A stretch of 64,000 bases of DNA from Kiritimatiellia bacterium. GTDB taxonomy: Bacteria > Verrucomicrobiota > Kiritimatiellia > RFP12 > UBA1067. Under the pieces are notes generated by a model. It made no database searches. It saw only the letters and a list, made by a program, of their open reading frames with translations, and had not been told where the DNA came from. Of this stretch, positions 1 through 9,027 are shown piece by piece; positions within the stretch are counted from its first letter, which is position 1; the number at the start of each line of letters is the position of its first letter. A program made the position numbers and the translations under genes. The DNA is taken from positions 64,001 through 128,000 of the forward strand of contig JBMNFY010000010.1 in the NCBI GenBank assembly GCA_050949565.1, given 5' to 3'.

Positions 1-626
1 CATTCCTGCGCTTTGGCTACGCGCATCCGAACAACATCTGGACGTGGCAATTTCCGAAAACGGGTGAGGGGGCCGACAATGCCTTCATCGATCAGACACG
101 CCGCTACGGCGACTGGGACATGGGATACCTCCGCTCCAATTCGGGCGTTTGCCTGATTGTCGGGGACGAGATCCGCTTTTACTACACGGGCTTTGCGGGC
201 GACAAAGCGAAGGCGGATGACGGCCAACAGAACGTCCTCACCAGCGGTATGTATGCGAACGGAGCGATGGGCTTTGCGACGCTGCGCCGCGATGGCTTCT
301 GTTCGCTTCAGGACGGCACCGTTGTTACGCGTCCTCTCTTTTTTACAAAAGGCGACCGGCTCTTTATCAATGCCGATGTAAAAGCCGGCGAACTTGTCAT
401 CCGTGTCGCGCAGGACGGCAAGACCTTCGGGGAGAAGCGCTTGGCCAACGTCGATTCGACGCGGCTGGAGGTCGGCGCGCTGGAACCGCGCAAGCCGTTC
501 ACGCTTACCTTCACGGCATCGGGTGGCGCGAAGCTCTATTCATTCTGGACCTCCGATGAGTCAGGCAAGTCGGGCGGTTATCTCGCAGGTGGCAGTCCCG
601 ATTGCGCGATGCTGCGGGATCTGTAA
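1..626 (+). CDS. 5'-truncated glycoside hydrolase-like protein (beta-propeller GH32/GH43-like C-terminal part)
   Basis: Frame open from the window start (FLRFGYAHP...) into ORF 120..626; EIRFYYTG...GFATLRRDGF and LFINAD motifs. Confidence 0.6.
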   Translation, partial: FLRFGYAHPNNIWTWQFPKTGEGADNAFIDQTRRYGDWDMGYLRSNSGVCLIVGDEIRFYYTGFAGDKAKADDGQQNVLTSGMYANGAMGFATLRRDGFCSLQDGTVVTRPLFFTKGDRLFINADVKAGELVIRVAQDGKTFGEKRLANVDSTRLEVGALEPRKPFTLTFTASGGAKLYSFWTSDESGKSGGYLAGGSPDCAMLRDL

Positions 627-637
627 GAGGCATCGCC

Positions 638-2452
638 ATGAATTCCCGCGTACAGTTTTGTGAAGCATTGTTGACGCGCTTGATGGGTTTGCGCGATGCG
701 GATACCGGCGTGTGGAGCGGCGAGTTGGCATCGAGCGCGCTCTCGACCGCGCTTGCCGCTATCGCGTTGGCAGGTGAGGACGAGGCCCACAACCGTCTGG
801 CGGCCGACGGAGCAGCGTGGCTGGTTGCCCACGCCAATCCGGACGGCGGCTGGGGGGACACGTCGGCGAGCCCCTCCAACCTCAGCACGAGCCTGATCAG
901 CCGTGCCGCCCTGCGTGCGTTGGCGCGGCGCGGTTTGATCAGCGGAAAGGTGTGCGAGGCCGTTATGGCACAGGCCGACGCTTGGCTTGCCGCGCGTCTG
1001 AAAGGAGTCGCGACGCCGGAGCGGATCGCGCAGGCTTTGGGTGAGGTGTACGGCGACGACCGGACCTTCGCCGTGCCGATCTTGGCGTTTCTCGCCATGT
1101 GCGACGACAAGGAGGAGGCGTGGCTGCATGTTCCGCCGCTTCCCTTTGTGCTGGCTTTGTTGCCGCAAGGGCTCTACCGCTTCTTCCGCTTGCAGGTGGT
1201 CAGCTATGCGTTGCCGGCGTTGATCGCGGTGGGCCTGTGCCGTCACATTTGTGTGGCGCGTGTGCGCGGTCGGCGGCCTGGCTGGCGTTGGCTGGCGGGC
1301 GCGTTGCTGCGACGGCTTGAAACGTTGCAGCCGTCGCACGGCGGCTTCCTCGATGCAATCCCGCTGACCGCATTCGTCTGTCTTGCATTGCAGCACGCCG
1401 GTTTTGGCGACTGTGCGGTCGCGCAAAAAGGGTATGCGTTTTTGCGTCAGTCGGTACGGACGGATGGCAGTTGGGCGATCGACTCCAACCTCCGCACATG
1501 GGTGACGTCGCTGGCGACGCGTGGCGTTGTCGCGGCGCGTTCATGGTTGCCGAACGGCGACACGCTGGTGCCACGCGCGGAACTGGAACGGATTGCCGAC
1601 TGGCTGATATCGGTTCAACTCAAGCGCCGTCATCCTTTTACTGGCGCGGCACCGGGGGGGTGGGCATGGACCGATCTGCCGGGCGGCGTTCCCGATGCCG
1701 ATGACACCTCCGGAGCGTTGGTGGCGTTGAAACGCCTGCAACAGGCGGGATGTGTGGCCGAGGTGATTCCCGCCGTTCGCGCCGGTGTGGGCTGGTTGCT
1801 CGGGTTGCAGAACCGTGACGGCGGTCTGCCGACCTTCTGTCGCGGTTGGGGGCATCTGCCGTTCGACCGGAGTTGTCCTGACATCAGCGCGCACGCATTG
1901 GCGGCATGGGCGGCGTGGCGGGATGACGACATCTGGACGCTGGACGAAAAGCGTCGTCTCGATATGGCGATACAGCATGTTGCGGAGTACCTCAAACGCG
2001 AACAGCATGCAACGGGCTGCTGGATAGCGCTCTGGTTCGGCAACCAAGAGGCGGCGCAAGGCAGAAATCCGGTGGTGGGGACGGCGCGGGTGGTGGATGC
2101 GCTGCGTGCCGTGCGGCGATTGCTGACCGAGGCCGGGATGGCGACCGAGGTGGAAGCGATGCTGTCGGCGGGAGAACGCTGGTTGATAGAGGCGCAGCAG
2201 CCAGACGGCGGCTGGAGCGCGGGCACGACCGCCACGGCCGAGGAAACGGCGCTGGCCGTGATTGCGCTGGCTGGCGGCTCGGACGCTTGTGTTGACGCGG
2301 CGCGTCGTGGCCAAGCCTGGCTAGTGGCCGCCGGGCGTGACGAAGGCTACCGGCCGTCACCCATCGGACTTTATTTTTCGTTGCTCTGGTATCACGAAAA
2401 GCTCTATCCGCTGGTGTGGCCGCTGGATGCGTTGTCGTCAGTAATCAGTTGA
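638..2452 (+). CDS. shc: Squalene-hopene cyclase / prenyltransferase-squalene oxidase repeat protein
   Basis: GGWAW...PDADDT (DxDD catalytic motif); QW repeats NPDGGWG, QNRDGG, QQPDGGW; ATG 638 after GAGG. Confidence 0.85.
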   Translation: MNSRVQFCEALLTRLMGLRDADTGVWSGELASSALSTALAAIALAGEDEAHNRLAADGAAWLVAHANPDGGWGDTSASPSNLSTSLISRAALRALARRGLISGKVCEAVMAQADAWLAARLKGVATPERIAQALGEVYGDDRTFAVPILAFLAMCDDKEEAWLHVPPLPFVLALLPQGLYRFFRLQVVSYALPALIAVGLCRHICVARVRGRRPGWRWLAGALLRRLETLQPSHGGFLDAIPLTAFVCLALQHAGFGDCAVAQKGYAFLRQSVRTDGSWAIDSNLRTWVTSLATRGVVAARSWLPNGDTLVPRAELERIADWLISVQLKRRHPFTGAAPGGWAWTDLPGGVPDADDTSGALVALKRLQQAGCVAEVIPAVRAGVGWLLGLQNRDGGLPTFCRGWGHLPFDRSCPDISAHALAAWAAWRDDDIWTLDEKRRLDMAIQHVAEYLKREQHATGCWIALWFGNQEAAQGRNPVVGTARVVDALRAVRRLLTEAGMATEVEAMLSAGERWLIEAQQPDGGWSAGTTATAEETALAVIALAGGSDACVDAARRGQAWLVAAGRDEGYRPSPIGLYFSLLWYHEKLYPLVWPLDALSSVIS

Positions 2453-2848
2453 TGACAGGGATGTGCGGGGATCATGCGCTTCTGGTGAAAAGGGGGATGC
2501 GGTGTTTGGACATGATTATTGTGCACGCGCGGCGCGATGGCGCTAGGCAAGTGCCGGCTTACGAAATCTGCGGTGACAAGAGCCGCGCTGTGCGCGGGTC
2601 GCGGCACCGCTTTTTCTCTGCGTTACGCACGGAAACACTCCCCACTCCTACTCAAAAGCGGCGTCGCGCGGAATACCGCTCGCCGCCGCACTCCAGATCA
2701 TTTCGCCTCGAATCTATCCGGGGAGAGATATGACTTTTTCCACACCTTTTAAGCCGCAATGCCGCACAAAGACTACTTCAGCAGTTTGCATATACCTAGC
2801 GGGCAAGCCCAAAGATTAAGGGTTCGCGGCGGGCAATATAATGTGCGC

Positions 2849-2877
2849 TTGACCGCAGCCGTCAGAACGAATATTGT
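2849..2877 (+). promoter_or_regulatory. sigma70-like promoter upstream of the cassette
   Basis: TTGACC-17 nt-TATTGT. Confidence 0.5.
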
Positions 2878-2959
2878 TTGAGAGGCGATGGGAACTGCCC
2901 GCTCCTTCGCGAGGTAGGCTCAATAACACTGTTCGGCAGAAGAAGGAAAGAGAAGCAAT

Positions 2960-3187
2960 ATGAATAGACTCAAGCGTTACACAGTCAAAGCATCGTTCGG
3001 CGAGTCATACCTGATCGTCGGAGAAGCGGACGCTACCGCATGGCTTGCCGCAGTCATGGCACTCAACAATCGAGGCAAAGCCGTGGCTGAGCTGATTCGC
3101 GGCGATTCCGAGACAGATATCATGGCGAAGTGCCGTGATTGGGTGGCAAAGAATATCGAGAAGGCAGCAGTCATCACGCAACAATAA
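2960..3187 (+). CDS. Hypothetical 75-aa cassette protein
   Basis: ORF with purine-rich RBS (AAGGA) about 22 nt after GTTCGGC. Confidence 0.7.
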   Translation: MNRLKRYTVKASFGESYLIVGEADATAWLAAVMALNNRGKAVAELIRGDSETDIMAKCRDWVAKNIEKAAVITQQ

Positions 3188-3210
3188 GACTAACTAGAAG
3201 GAGAACGACC

Positions 3211-3734
3211 ATGGGACTCGGAGGCGCAACATAGGTGGTGTAATCGGCGGATTCATCGGCAGCATATTTGGACCAGTCGGCACTGGTGTAGGCGCGACAC
3301 TCGGCGCAATGCTGGGTGGCGCGTCAGGCGGAGAAGATAAGACTATAGACCCGATACCGGAAGGGGCAATTCATATCGAACGTGAGTCGCCCATTCTGGG
3401 CGGTGACAAGAAGTTGAGGGAAAAACTGTTTCTTGAGTATGTCGGTGGTGACATCCGCCTGATGATTGACAAAGGCACGGAAACCCCTGTACAGGTCAGT
3501 CACATCTGTTCGACAACGCAAGATAACCAGACGACTTTTTCCTTGCGCGTTCGGCGCGGAAAATCCGCGAGCGAAAACCTCTGCCTTGGCACAATCCAGG
3601 TTCAGGACATCGCTCCGGCACCATCAGGCGGGCCACAGATCAAAGTCACCCTTGCGGTAACACAGGACGCAAACATTCATCTGTACGCCATCGATACAAA
3701 TCCGGCACACGCAATCAAACTCCAAAGATCATAG
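3211..3734 (+). pseudogene. Glycine-zipper + Hsp70/DnaK substrate-binding-domain protein, frameshifted at ~3230 (or intact from ATG 3309)
   Basis: AAGGAG + ATG 3211 MGLGGA, continuing in the 3309 frame as IGGVIGGFIGSIFGPVGTGVGATLGAMLGG; C-terminal IDKGTETP...STTQDNQT...ENLCLG...IAPAPSGGPQIKVT resembles the DnaK SBD. Confidence 0.7.
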
Positions 3735-3738
3735 CAGA

Positions 3739-3781
3739 GCCGAACCAGAGCGTGAACCGAGGGTCACGCTCGACGTTCCCT
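3739..3781 (+). other. attC-like recombination site (43 bp)
   Basis: GCCGAAC-5 nt-CGTGAACC-GAG-GGTCACG-6 nt-GTTCCCT; arms GAGCGTGA(A)CC / GGTCACGCTC with one extrahelical base; begins 4 nt after the stop codon. Confidence 0.7.
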
Positions 3782-3787
3782 CGCCCC

Positions 3788-4066
3788 TCACCTCCTGCCA
3801 TTGTCCCGGTATACCTGCCCCATGCCTGTGTCGCGCCCGTCTTCCGGCCCGACAAACGCCCATTTGAACGTGCCGGGCTTTCTGACCCACAGGCCGTGGT
3901 TGAACCGGAACGACTCGAACTTCTCCGCCATGCGCTCTGAAATCGGGTACGGCACATCCCCCGGCTTCAACAGAACAATGTGCATGCCAGGCATGTTCTT
4001 GACCGGCCAGAATCTGGCCGTTTCGGGATACCCGCCCCTGGGCATGTTGGGGTCTTGCTTCATCAT
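3788..4066 (-). CDS. Hypothetical protein or gene fragment (92 aa)
   Basis: Third positions mostly G/C; upstream part of the track ORF runs into a repeat, so ATG 4066 used. Confidence 0.45.
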   Translation of the reverse strand: MMKQDPNMPRGGYPETARFWPVKNMPGMHIVLLKPGDVPYPISERMAEKFESFRFNHGLWVRKPGTFKWAFVGPEDGRDTGMGQVYRDNGRR

Positions 4067-4230
4067 CGCGGGTGGCGGCGTGACATCAGACGCGTTCCCG
4101 CCGCCTTTTTCAGCGGGCGTGGACGCCCGCGCCTGACTGCGCGCACACAAAACACGCACCCGACTCGCATGCCCCCTGCCACTAACCGACGCCACTAACC
4201 GCGGATTACAAAAATCCAAAAATCACGCGG

Positions 4231-4259
4231 TTGACAGGACCCTCAAGATTCACTACACT
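4231..4259 (+). promoter_or_regulatory. sigma70 promoter of the tRNA
   Basis: TTGACA-17 nt-TACACT. Confidence 0.8.
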
Positions 4260-4273
4260 TCAAACACTTTTTC

Positions 4274-4349
4274 GGCGGGTTAGCTCAGTTGGTAGAGCAT
4301 CGGAATCATAATCCGCAGGTCGGGGGATCGTGACCCTCACCCGCCACCA
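4274..4349 (+). tRNA. tRNA-Met(CAT), probably elongator, CCA encoded
   Basis: Acceptor GGCGGGT/ACCCGCC-ACCA; D arm GCTC/GAGC; anticodon loop ATCATAA; T-loop ATCGTGA. Confidence 0.93.
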
Positions 4350-4354
4350 TTTTC

Positions 4355-4389
4355 AGGGCTTGTTTACGACGGTAGACAAGCCCTTTTTT
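4355..4389 (+). terminator. Rho-independent terminator
   Basis: AGGGCTTGTTTAC-GACG-GTAGACAAGCCCT followed by a T run. Confidence 0.85.
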
Positions 4390-4444
4390 ATTTCAATCAC
4401 ACGGCATTAAGGTACAATGATAAAGCCAAAACGAGGAGAATGAA

Positions 4445-5621
4445 ATGATGCCGTTGTATGTTCATTTTGGTGCGGGGAATATCGGGCGCGCGCTGGCCGG
4501 GCCGATTTTTAGCCGGGCCGGTTATCAGGTGCTTTTTGTGGATGCGGTGCCGGAGATTGTGCGTGCGTTGCACGAGCGGCGCGAGTACCGCGTGGTCATC
4601 AAGGATACGTTGCCGCCCGGGACGCCGGACTCCTTTATGGTGACGGGGGTAGACGGTATCGATGTGCGCGATCAGGAGAGCGGTCAAGGCGGCGGTGGCC
4701 CGCGCCGATTTGATCGGTACGGCGGTGGGTGCGGCGCATCTGCCCAGTGTGCTGAACGCAATCGCGGCGGGGCTTCCGGAACGCGAAGGACGGCCGGTTT
4801 CATTGCTCTTCTGCGAGAACCTGCACGGCCTCGCCCGCATGGCGCGCGAGACGCTGAGCCGCGCATTGCCTGAGGATTTCCCGCTCGACCAGCAGGTCGG
4901 TCTGGTCGAGACCAGCATCGGCAAGATGGTGCCGTTGATGCCGCAAGAAGTGCGGCGCAATGATCCGCTGGAGGTGTGGGGGGAGGCTTACAACGCGATC
5001 ATCGCGGATCGCAACGGGTTTGTCGGGCCGGTGCCTGACGATATCGAGGGGCTATTGCTCAAGCAGTGTTTCCAGGCTTACGTCGATCGCAAGCTCTACA
5101 TCCACAATCTCGGGCACGCCACCTGCGCTTATCACGGTTACTTGCGCGGCCACGCGCTGATAGACGATGCGATGTGCGATCCCGCCGTGTTGGCCGAGAC
5201 GGAGGCGGTGATGCAGGAGTCGGCGCGTGCGTTGGCGCGGCGCTATCCGCAGGAGTTGGACGCCGCTGGATTGGCGGAGCATGTGGCGGACCTGTTGCGG
5301 CGCTTCGGTAATCAAGCGTTGGGCGACACCGTCTTCCGCGTCGGACGCGACCTGCGGCGCAAGCTGGCGCCGGGGGATCGGATGATCGGCGGACTGCGTT
5401 TGGTGCAATCCGAGCAGGGGGACATCGCGCCGGTCTGTCGCGCGATCGCCGCAGCGTTGCAGTTTGCGGCGACTGACGAAACGGGCCAGCCCTTCGCGCC
5501 TGATGTCGCCTTCCGTGTGCGTCTCGCAGAGGAGGGGGCGGAGGCGGTGCTGTGCGCGCACAGCGGTCTGGATCCCATGCGCGATGCCGCAGCGTTGCGA
5601 TTGATTGCTGCGGGAGGTTGA
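4445..5621 (+). pseudogene. mtlD: Mannitol-1-phosphate 5-dehydrogenase family, frameshifted at ~4679
   Basis: HFGAGNIGR in ORF 4445; TAVG, CEN, RKLYIHNLGHA, RVGRD..RKL in ORF 4662; frames switch at GAGAG. Confidence 0.85.
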
Positions 5622-5689
5622 CAAGCGGCGGGGGATTTGGGACGCTAATGCTACAGTCTGGTTTTTGAGACATACACAAGGAGACAATT

Positions 5690-6730
5690 ATGGCAAAGAA
5701 GGGTGAGATTCGCGTTGGAATCGTTGGATTCGGATTCATGGGGCGCATGCACTACGGTAACTGGAAAAAGATGAAGGGGGCGCGGGTGGTTGCGCTGTGC
5801 GACCAAAATCTGGCTCAATTCACTGCGCCTACCGCCGGCGGCAACATCGCCGGTGCGGATACGACGACCGATTACGGTGATGCGGTGATCTATGACGACT
5901 TCGACAAGATGTTGGCCGAAGCCGATCTGGACGCCATCTCGCTGACCCTGCCGACGCCGCTGCATGTGCCGCTGACCATCAAGGCGCTGCAGGCCGGTGT
6001 CAGTGTGCTATGCGAGAAGCCGATGGCCCTGAATGCCGCAGAGTGCGACAAGATGCTCAAGGCCGCGAATCGTGCACCTGAGGGCACAAAGCTGATGGTG
6101 GCACATTGCCTGCGTTTCTGGCCGTCATACGTCTATCTCAAGAAGTTGGTCGATAGCAAGAAGTACGGCAAGGTGATTGCGGCGTCGTTCCGTCGTTTCA
6201 GTGCGCCCCCCGGATGGCAGAAGGGCACGAACTGGTTCGCGGACGAGAGCAAGAGCGGCGGCATGGCGCTCGACCTGCACATTCATGACACCGATATGGT
6301 GAATTTCCTCTTTGGCATGCCCAAGGCGGTCACCAGTAGCGCGGCTTACGATAAGAATGGCGCGATGCAGTACATCTCCACGCTGTATGACGTGGGCGGT
6401 CCTGCGGTAACGGCGGAGGGGAGCTGGTGCATGACGCCCACGATGGGGTTCGAGGCCAGCTATGTCGTGACCTTCGAGAAGGCGGTGGTGATCCTTGATG
6501 GCAAGCGCGAGAAGCCGCTCTGCGTTTATCCCGCCAAAGGCGAGGCGTTTGTGCCGGCGCTGCAGGAAGGCGAGGGTTACGAGTATGAGATCAAGTGGTT
6601 CCTCGACTCGCTGAAGGGCAAGAAGGTGCCGCCCGTTATCACGGCGGAAGAGTCGCGCGATTCGGTGCGGATCGTGGATGCTGAGAAACGGTCGGCCAAG
6701 AGCGGCAAGACCGTGCGGCTGGCACCGTAA
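5690..6730 (+). CDS. Gfo/Idh/MocA family oxidoreductase
   Basis: GFGFMG, CEKP, DLHIHD; AAGGAG RBS. Confidence 0.92.
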   Translation: MAKKGEIRVGIVGFGFMGRMHYGNWKKMKGARVVALCDQNLAQFTAPTAGGNIAGADTTTDYGDAVIYDDFDKMLAEADLDAISLTLPTPLHVPLTIKALQAGVSVLCEKPMALNAAECDKMLKAANRAPEGTKLMVAHCLRFWPSYVYLKKLVDSKKYGKVIAASFRRFSAPPGWQKGTNWFADESKSGGMALDLHIHDTDMVNFLFGMPKAVTSSAAYDKNGAMQYISTLYDVGGPAVTAEGSWCMTPTMGFEASYVVTFEKAVVILDGKREKPLCVYPAKGEAFVPALQEGEGYEYEIKWFLDSLKGKKVPPVITAEESRDSVRIVDAEKRSAKSGKTVRLAP

Positions 6731-6892
6731 CGTTAGTGCCTTACCGGCCGATAGGGCCAATAAAAACGAGTTGTTTCTCACACGAAGGGGAATGGGTTGT
6801 CATGGAAAAACCTTTGTGTCCTTTGTGCCTTTGTGTGAGATTAGATTAGGTTGCGGGCTTCGCCCGCGCTAGAAGAACGAAAGGGAAATGCA

Positions 6893-7711
6893 ATGAAGCT
6901 GTGCGGAAACAAGTGGCCGATCGGCGTGTGTAGCTGGTCGTTTCAAAAGGGTATCGACGAGATCGGGACCGCGATGACGGCGATGGGGATCAATCACATC
7001 AATCTGGCCATCGCTCCGGCACTGGGGCCCGATGGCGACGCCTATCTGGAAGCGGTGAAGCGTCAGGGCTGGGTGATTACGGCCGGCATGATGAACTACG
7101 ACTACGAGGACTACTCCACGCTGGATACGATCAAGGTCACCGGCGGTATCGCGCCCGACGAGCATTGGCCGGCGAGCGGCGAAGCCTTCGCCAAGGCCGC
7201 CAAGATCACCGCCCAACTCGGTTCATCCGCCATTCAGATGCACGTGGGCTTCTTGGATCACTCTGAGGAGGCTTACGCCAAGAAGTTTTATGACCGCGTG
7301 CGTTACCTCGGCGATGCCGCAGGCGAAGCCGGTGTGATGCTTCTTATGGAGACCGGCCAAGAGTCGGCTGAGGAACTCCAGCGGTTCGTCGAGACGCTCA
7401 ACCATCCGAACGTCATGCTGAACTTCGATCCGGCCAATCTCATCCTCTATAACAAGGATGAGCCGCTGTCGGCCTTCCGCCGTCTGGCACCGTGGGTGCG
7501 CCACGTCCACATCAAGGACGCGATCCGCACGACGAAGCCTGGGACTTGGGGCAGCGAAGTGGTGTGGGGCTCGGGTCAGGTCAACAGCTTTGCCTTCCTC
7601 GACACACTGGCTGAGTGCGGGTTCGAGGGCGCAGTCGCGATCGAGCGTGAGGCCGGCAACCAGCGCGTCAAGGACATCGCGACGGCGGTGCGCCGCCTGA
7701 TGGCGTACTAG
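6893..7711 (+). CDS. Sugar phosphate isomerase/epimerase (TIM barrel)
   Basis: ETGQE, NFDPAN, HVHIKD, IERE. Confidence 0.9.
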   Translation: MKLCGNKWPIGVCSWSFQKGIDEIGTAMTAMGINHINLAIAPALGPDGDAYLEAVKRQGWVITAGMMNYDYEDYSTLDTIKVTGGIAPDEHWPASGEAFAKAAKITAQLGSSAIQMHVGFLDHSEEAYAKKFYDRVRYLGDAAGEAGVMLLMETGQESAEELQRFVETLNHPNVMLNFDPANLILYNKDEPLSAFRRLAPWVRHVHIKDAIRTTKPGTWGSEVVWGSGQVNSFAFLDTLAECGFEGAVAIEREAGNQRVKDIATAVRRLMAY

Positions 7712-7725
7712 CGCCCTTCGGTTTT

Positions 7726-7910
7726 TTTAACGCAGAGGCGCAGAGACGCAGAGGTGTGGCACGGGCATCTTGCCCGTGTTTCATGGGCGGGACGCCCATG
7801 CCACGAGGGTTTTTGCAAGAGCCTCTGTCTTGCGGAGCGCCGGGAGGGACGAGCGCCTGCTCGTCCGGGCGGCGTTCCACGCCGCCACACGGGCAAGATG
7901 CCCGTGCCAC
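7726..7910. repeat. Composite intergenic repeat: AACGCAGAGGCGCAGAGACGCAGAG triad, REP-A (7756-7804), half REP-C, half REP-A
   Basis: Each module recurs elsewhere in the window; lies between convergent genes. Confidence 0.9.
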
Positions 7911-7986
7911 ACAGCTCGGCGCCAGCCTTGCGCCCGGCTCGCTTCCGGCGGTTCGGGACGTCCCGCCGTACTGTGTTGCGCGCCGG

Positions 7987-9027
7987 TCATTCACCTGTCT
8001 CGCGGAACGCGAGCGCCATGGCACCGGTGGGACAGGCGGCGGCGCAGGCCGCGAGGATGTCCGGCGGTATTTCGTCCCAAGTGCGCCCGAGCGGCGGCGC
8101 GATACGCATGGTAAAACCGCGTCCCTGAAAGGTGGGCGCGATTGATGCTTGCCGTTGCTGTGCCGTGCGTACGCAGATGCCGCACAGCACACAGCGCGCG
8201 GCATCGAAGCGAAACGTGCCCGAGCGGTCGCGCGCCATTGTGCTGTGCTCTCCGGCAAAGGCGGATTGGCGTGCGCCGGTTTCCGTGCACAGATCGCGCA
8301 GACGGCACGCATCCGGCTTGCGGCAGCCGCATTGCAGGCAGCGCGCCGCTTCGTAGGCCGCGTCATCATGTGTGAGGTCGGTCGTGGCCGCGTCCGAAAT
8401 GCGTCGGGGACCGGATTCGGCGCACAGTGTCTGCATCGTCGCCTCGTCGGGACGCGGCATGCGCGAACGGAAACGCGCGGGGGTGGTGGCCGACGGGCGC
8501 GGCCGGTCCGTTGTGGCGGCCGGCGGCGCATCGCCGGCCAGCCAGCGGTGCAGGGCGCAGATTGCCACCGCGCCGCCCAACGGTCGACGGCGGCACGCCT
8601 TTTCGCAAGGCGCGGCGTCGCCGCACGTCACGGGATGCTGATGGGCCAGACGCGATGCTTCCTGCCAGCGCCCTTCGGTGATCGCTTCAAGCATCTGCGG
8701 CACGGGCAGGCCGGACGGACACGCCAACTGGCAGGGTGCCTCGCAATCGGCAGGATGGTTACTGAGCAAGAGTTCCAGTGCGTCGCGACGTGCCTGCAAT
8801 GCAGCCGGTGAAGCGGTGAGGATCGCCATTGTCTCACAGGGCGGCGTTGAGCAGGCCGGCAGAAGGCACCCGGAGGTTGTGTCCTCAACCGTGCACACGC
8901 CACAGCCGCCAACGGGATGCAACCCTTCGCGATGACAGAGAACCGGTATCTGGATGCCCGCGCGAGCGGCTACGTCGTACACGGTAGGCGCGTCAAGGAG
9001 GGGGACGGCTATACCGTCGATAGTCAT
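7987..9027 (-). CDS. Multi Fe-S protein (2Fe-2S NuoG/FdhA-like N-terminus, GltD-like Cys cluster, C-terminal 2x4Fe-4S)
   Basis: IPVLC...GGCGVC...PAC; DCEAPCQLACP; CEKACRR; CVLCGICVR; CAAACPTGA; ATGA overlap with rnk stop. Confidence 0.85.
   Translation of the reverse strand: MTIDGIAVPLLDAPTVYDVAARAGIQIPVLCHREGLHPVGGCGVCTVEDTTSGCLLPACSTPPCETMAILTASPAALQARRDALELLLSNHPADCEAPCQLACPSGLPVPQMLEAITEGRWQEASRLAHQHPVTCGDAAPCEKACRRRPLGGAVAICALHRWLAGDAPPAATTDRPRPSATTPARFRSRMPRPDEATMQTLCAESGPRRISDAATTDLTHDDAAYEAARCLQCGCRKPDACRLRDLCTETGARQSAFAGEHSTMARDRSGTFRFDAARCVLCGICVRTAQQRQASIAPTFQGRGFTMRIAPPLGRTWDEIPPDILAACAAACPTGAMALAFRETGE

Larger units (their letters stand above)
2932..3775 (+). mobile_element. Integron-like gene cassette, solitary (no integrase in window)
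   Basis: Begins at G|TTCGGC (2931-2937) and ends in an attC-like site whose R'' GCCGAAC (3739-3745) is its exact reverse complement; visibly more AT-rich than flanking genes; two tightly packed ORFs. Confidence 0.65.

Noticed and set aside
2416-2752. ORFs between shc and the cassette
   Set aside because: No RBS, atypical composition and no motifs; left uncalled.
2884-2930. Fluoride riboswitch (GGCGATGG... start)
   Set aside because: Lacks the GTTCGCC stem and the GCTRATGAC 3' motif, no crcB/eriC downstream, and the sequence is better explained as the arm of the split hairpin.
4274-4349. tRNA-anchored genomic island or prophage
   Set aside because: No duplicated tRNA 3' end, integrase or phage genes seen; a terminator follows directly.
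7754-8145. Small ORFs with ARASCPCFMGGTPMP, WHGHLARVSWAGRPCH or NAEAQRRR peptides (also near 21700, 33700, 49916, 54360)
   Set aside because: They are translations of REP-A and triad repeats, not genes.
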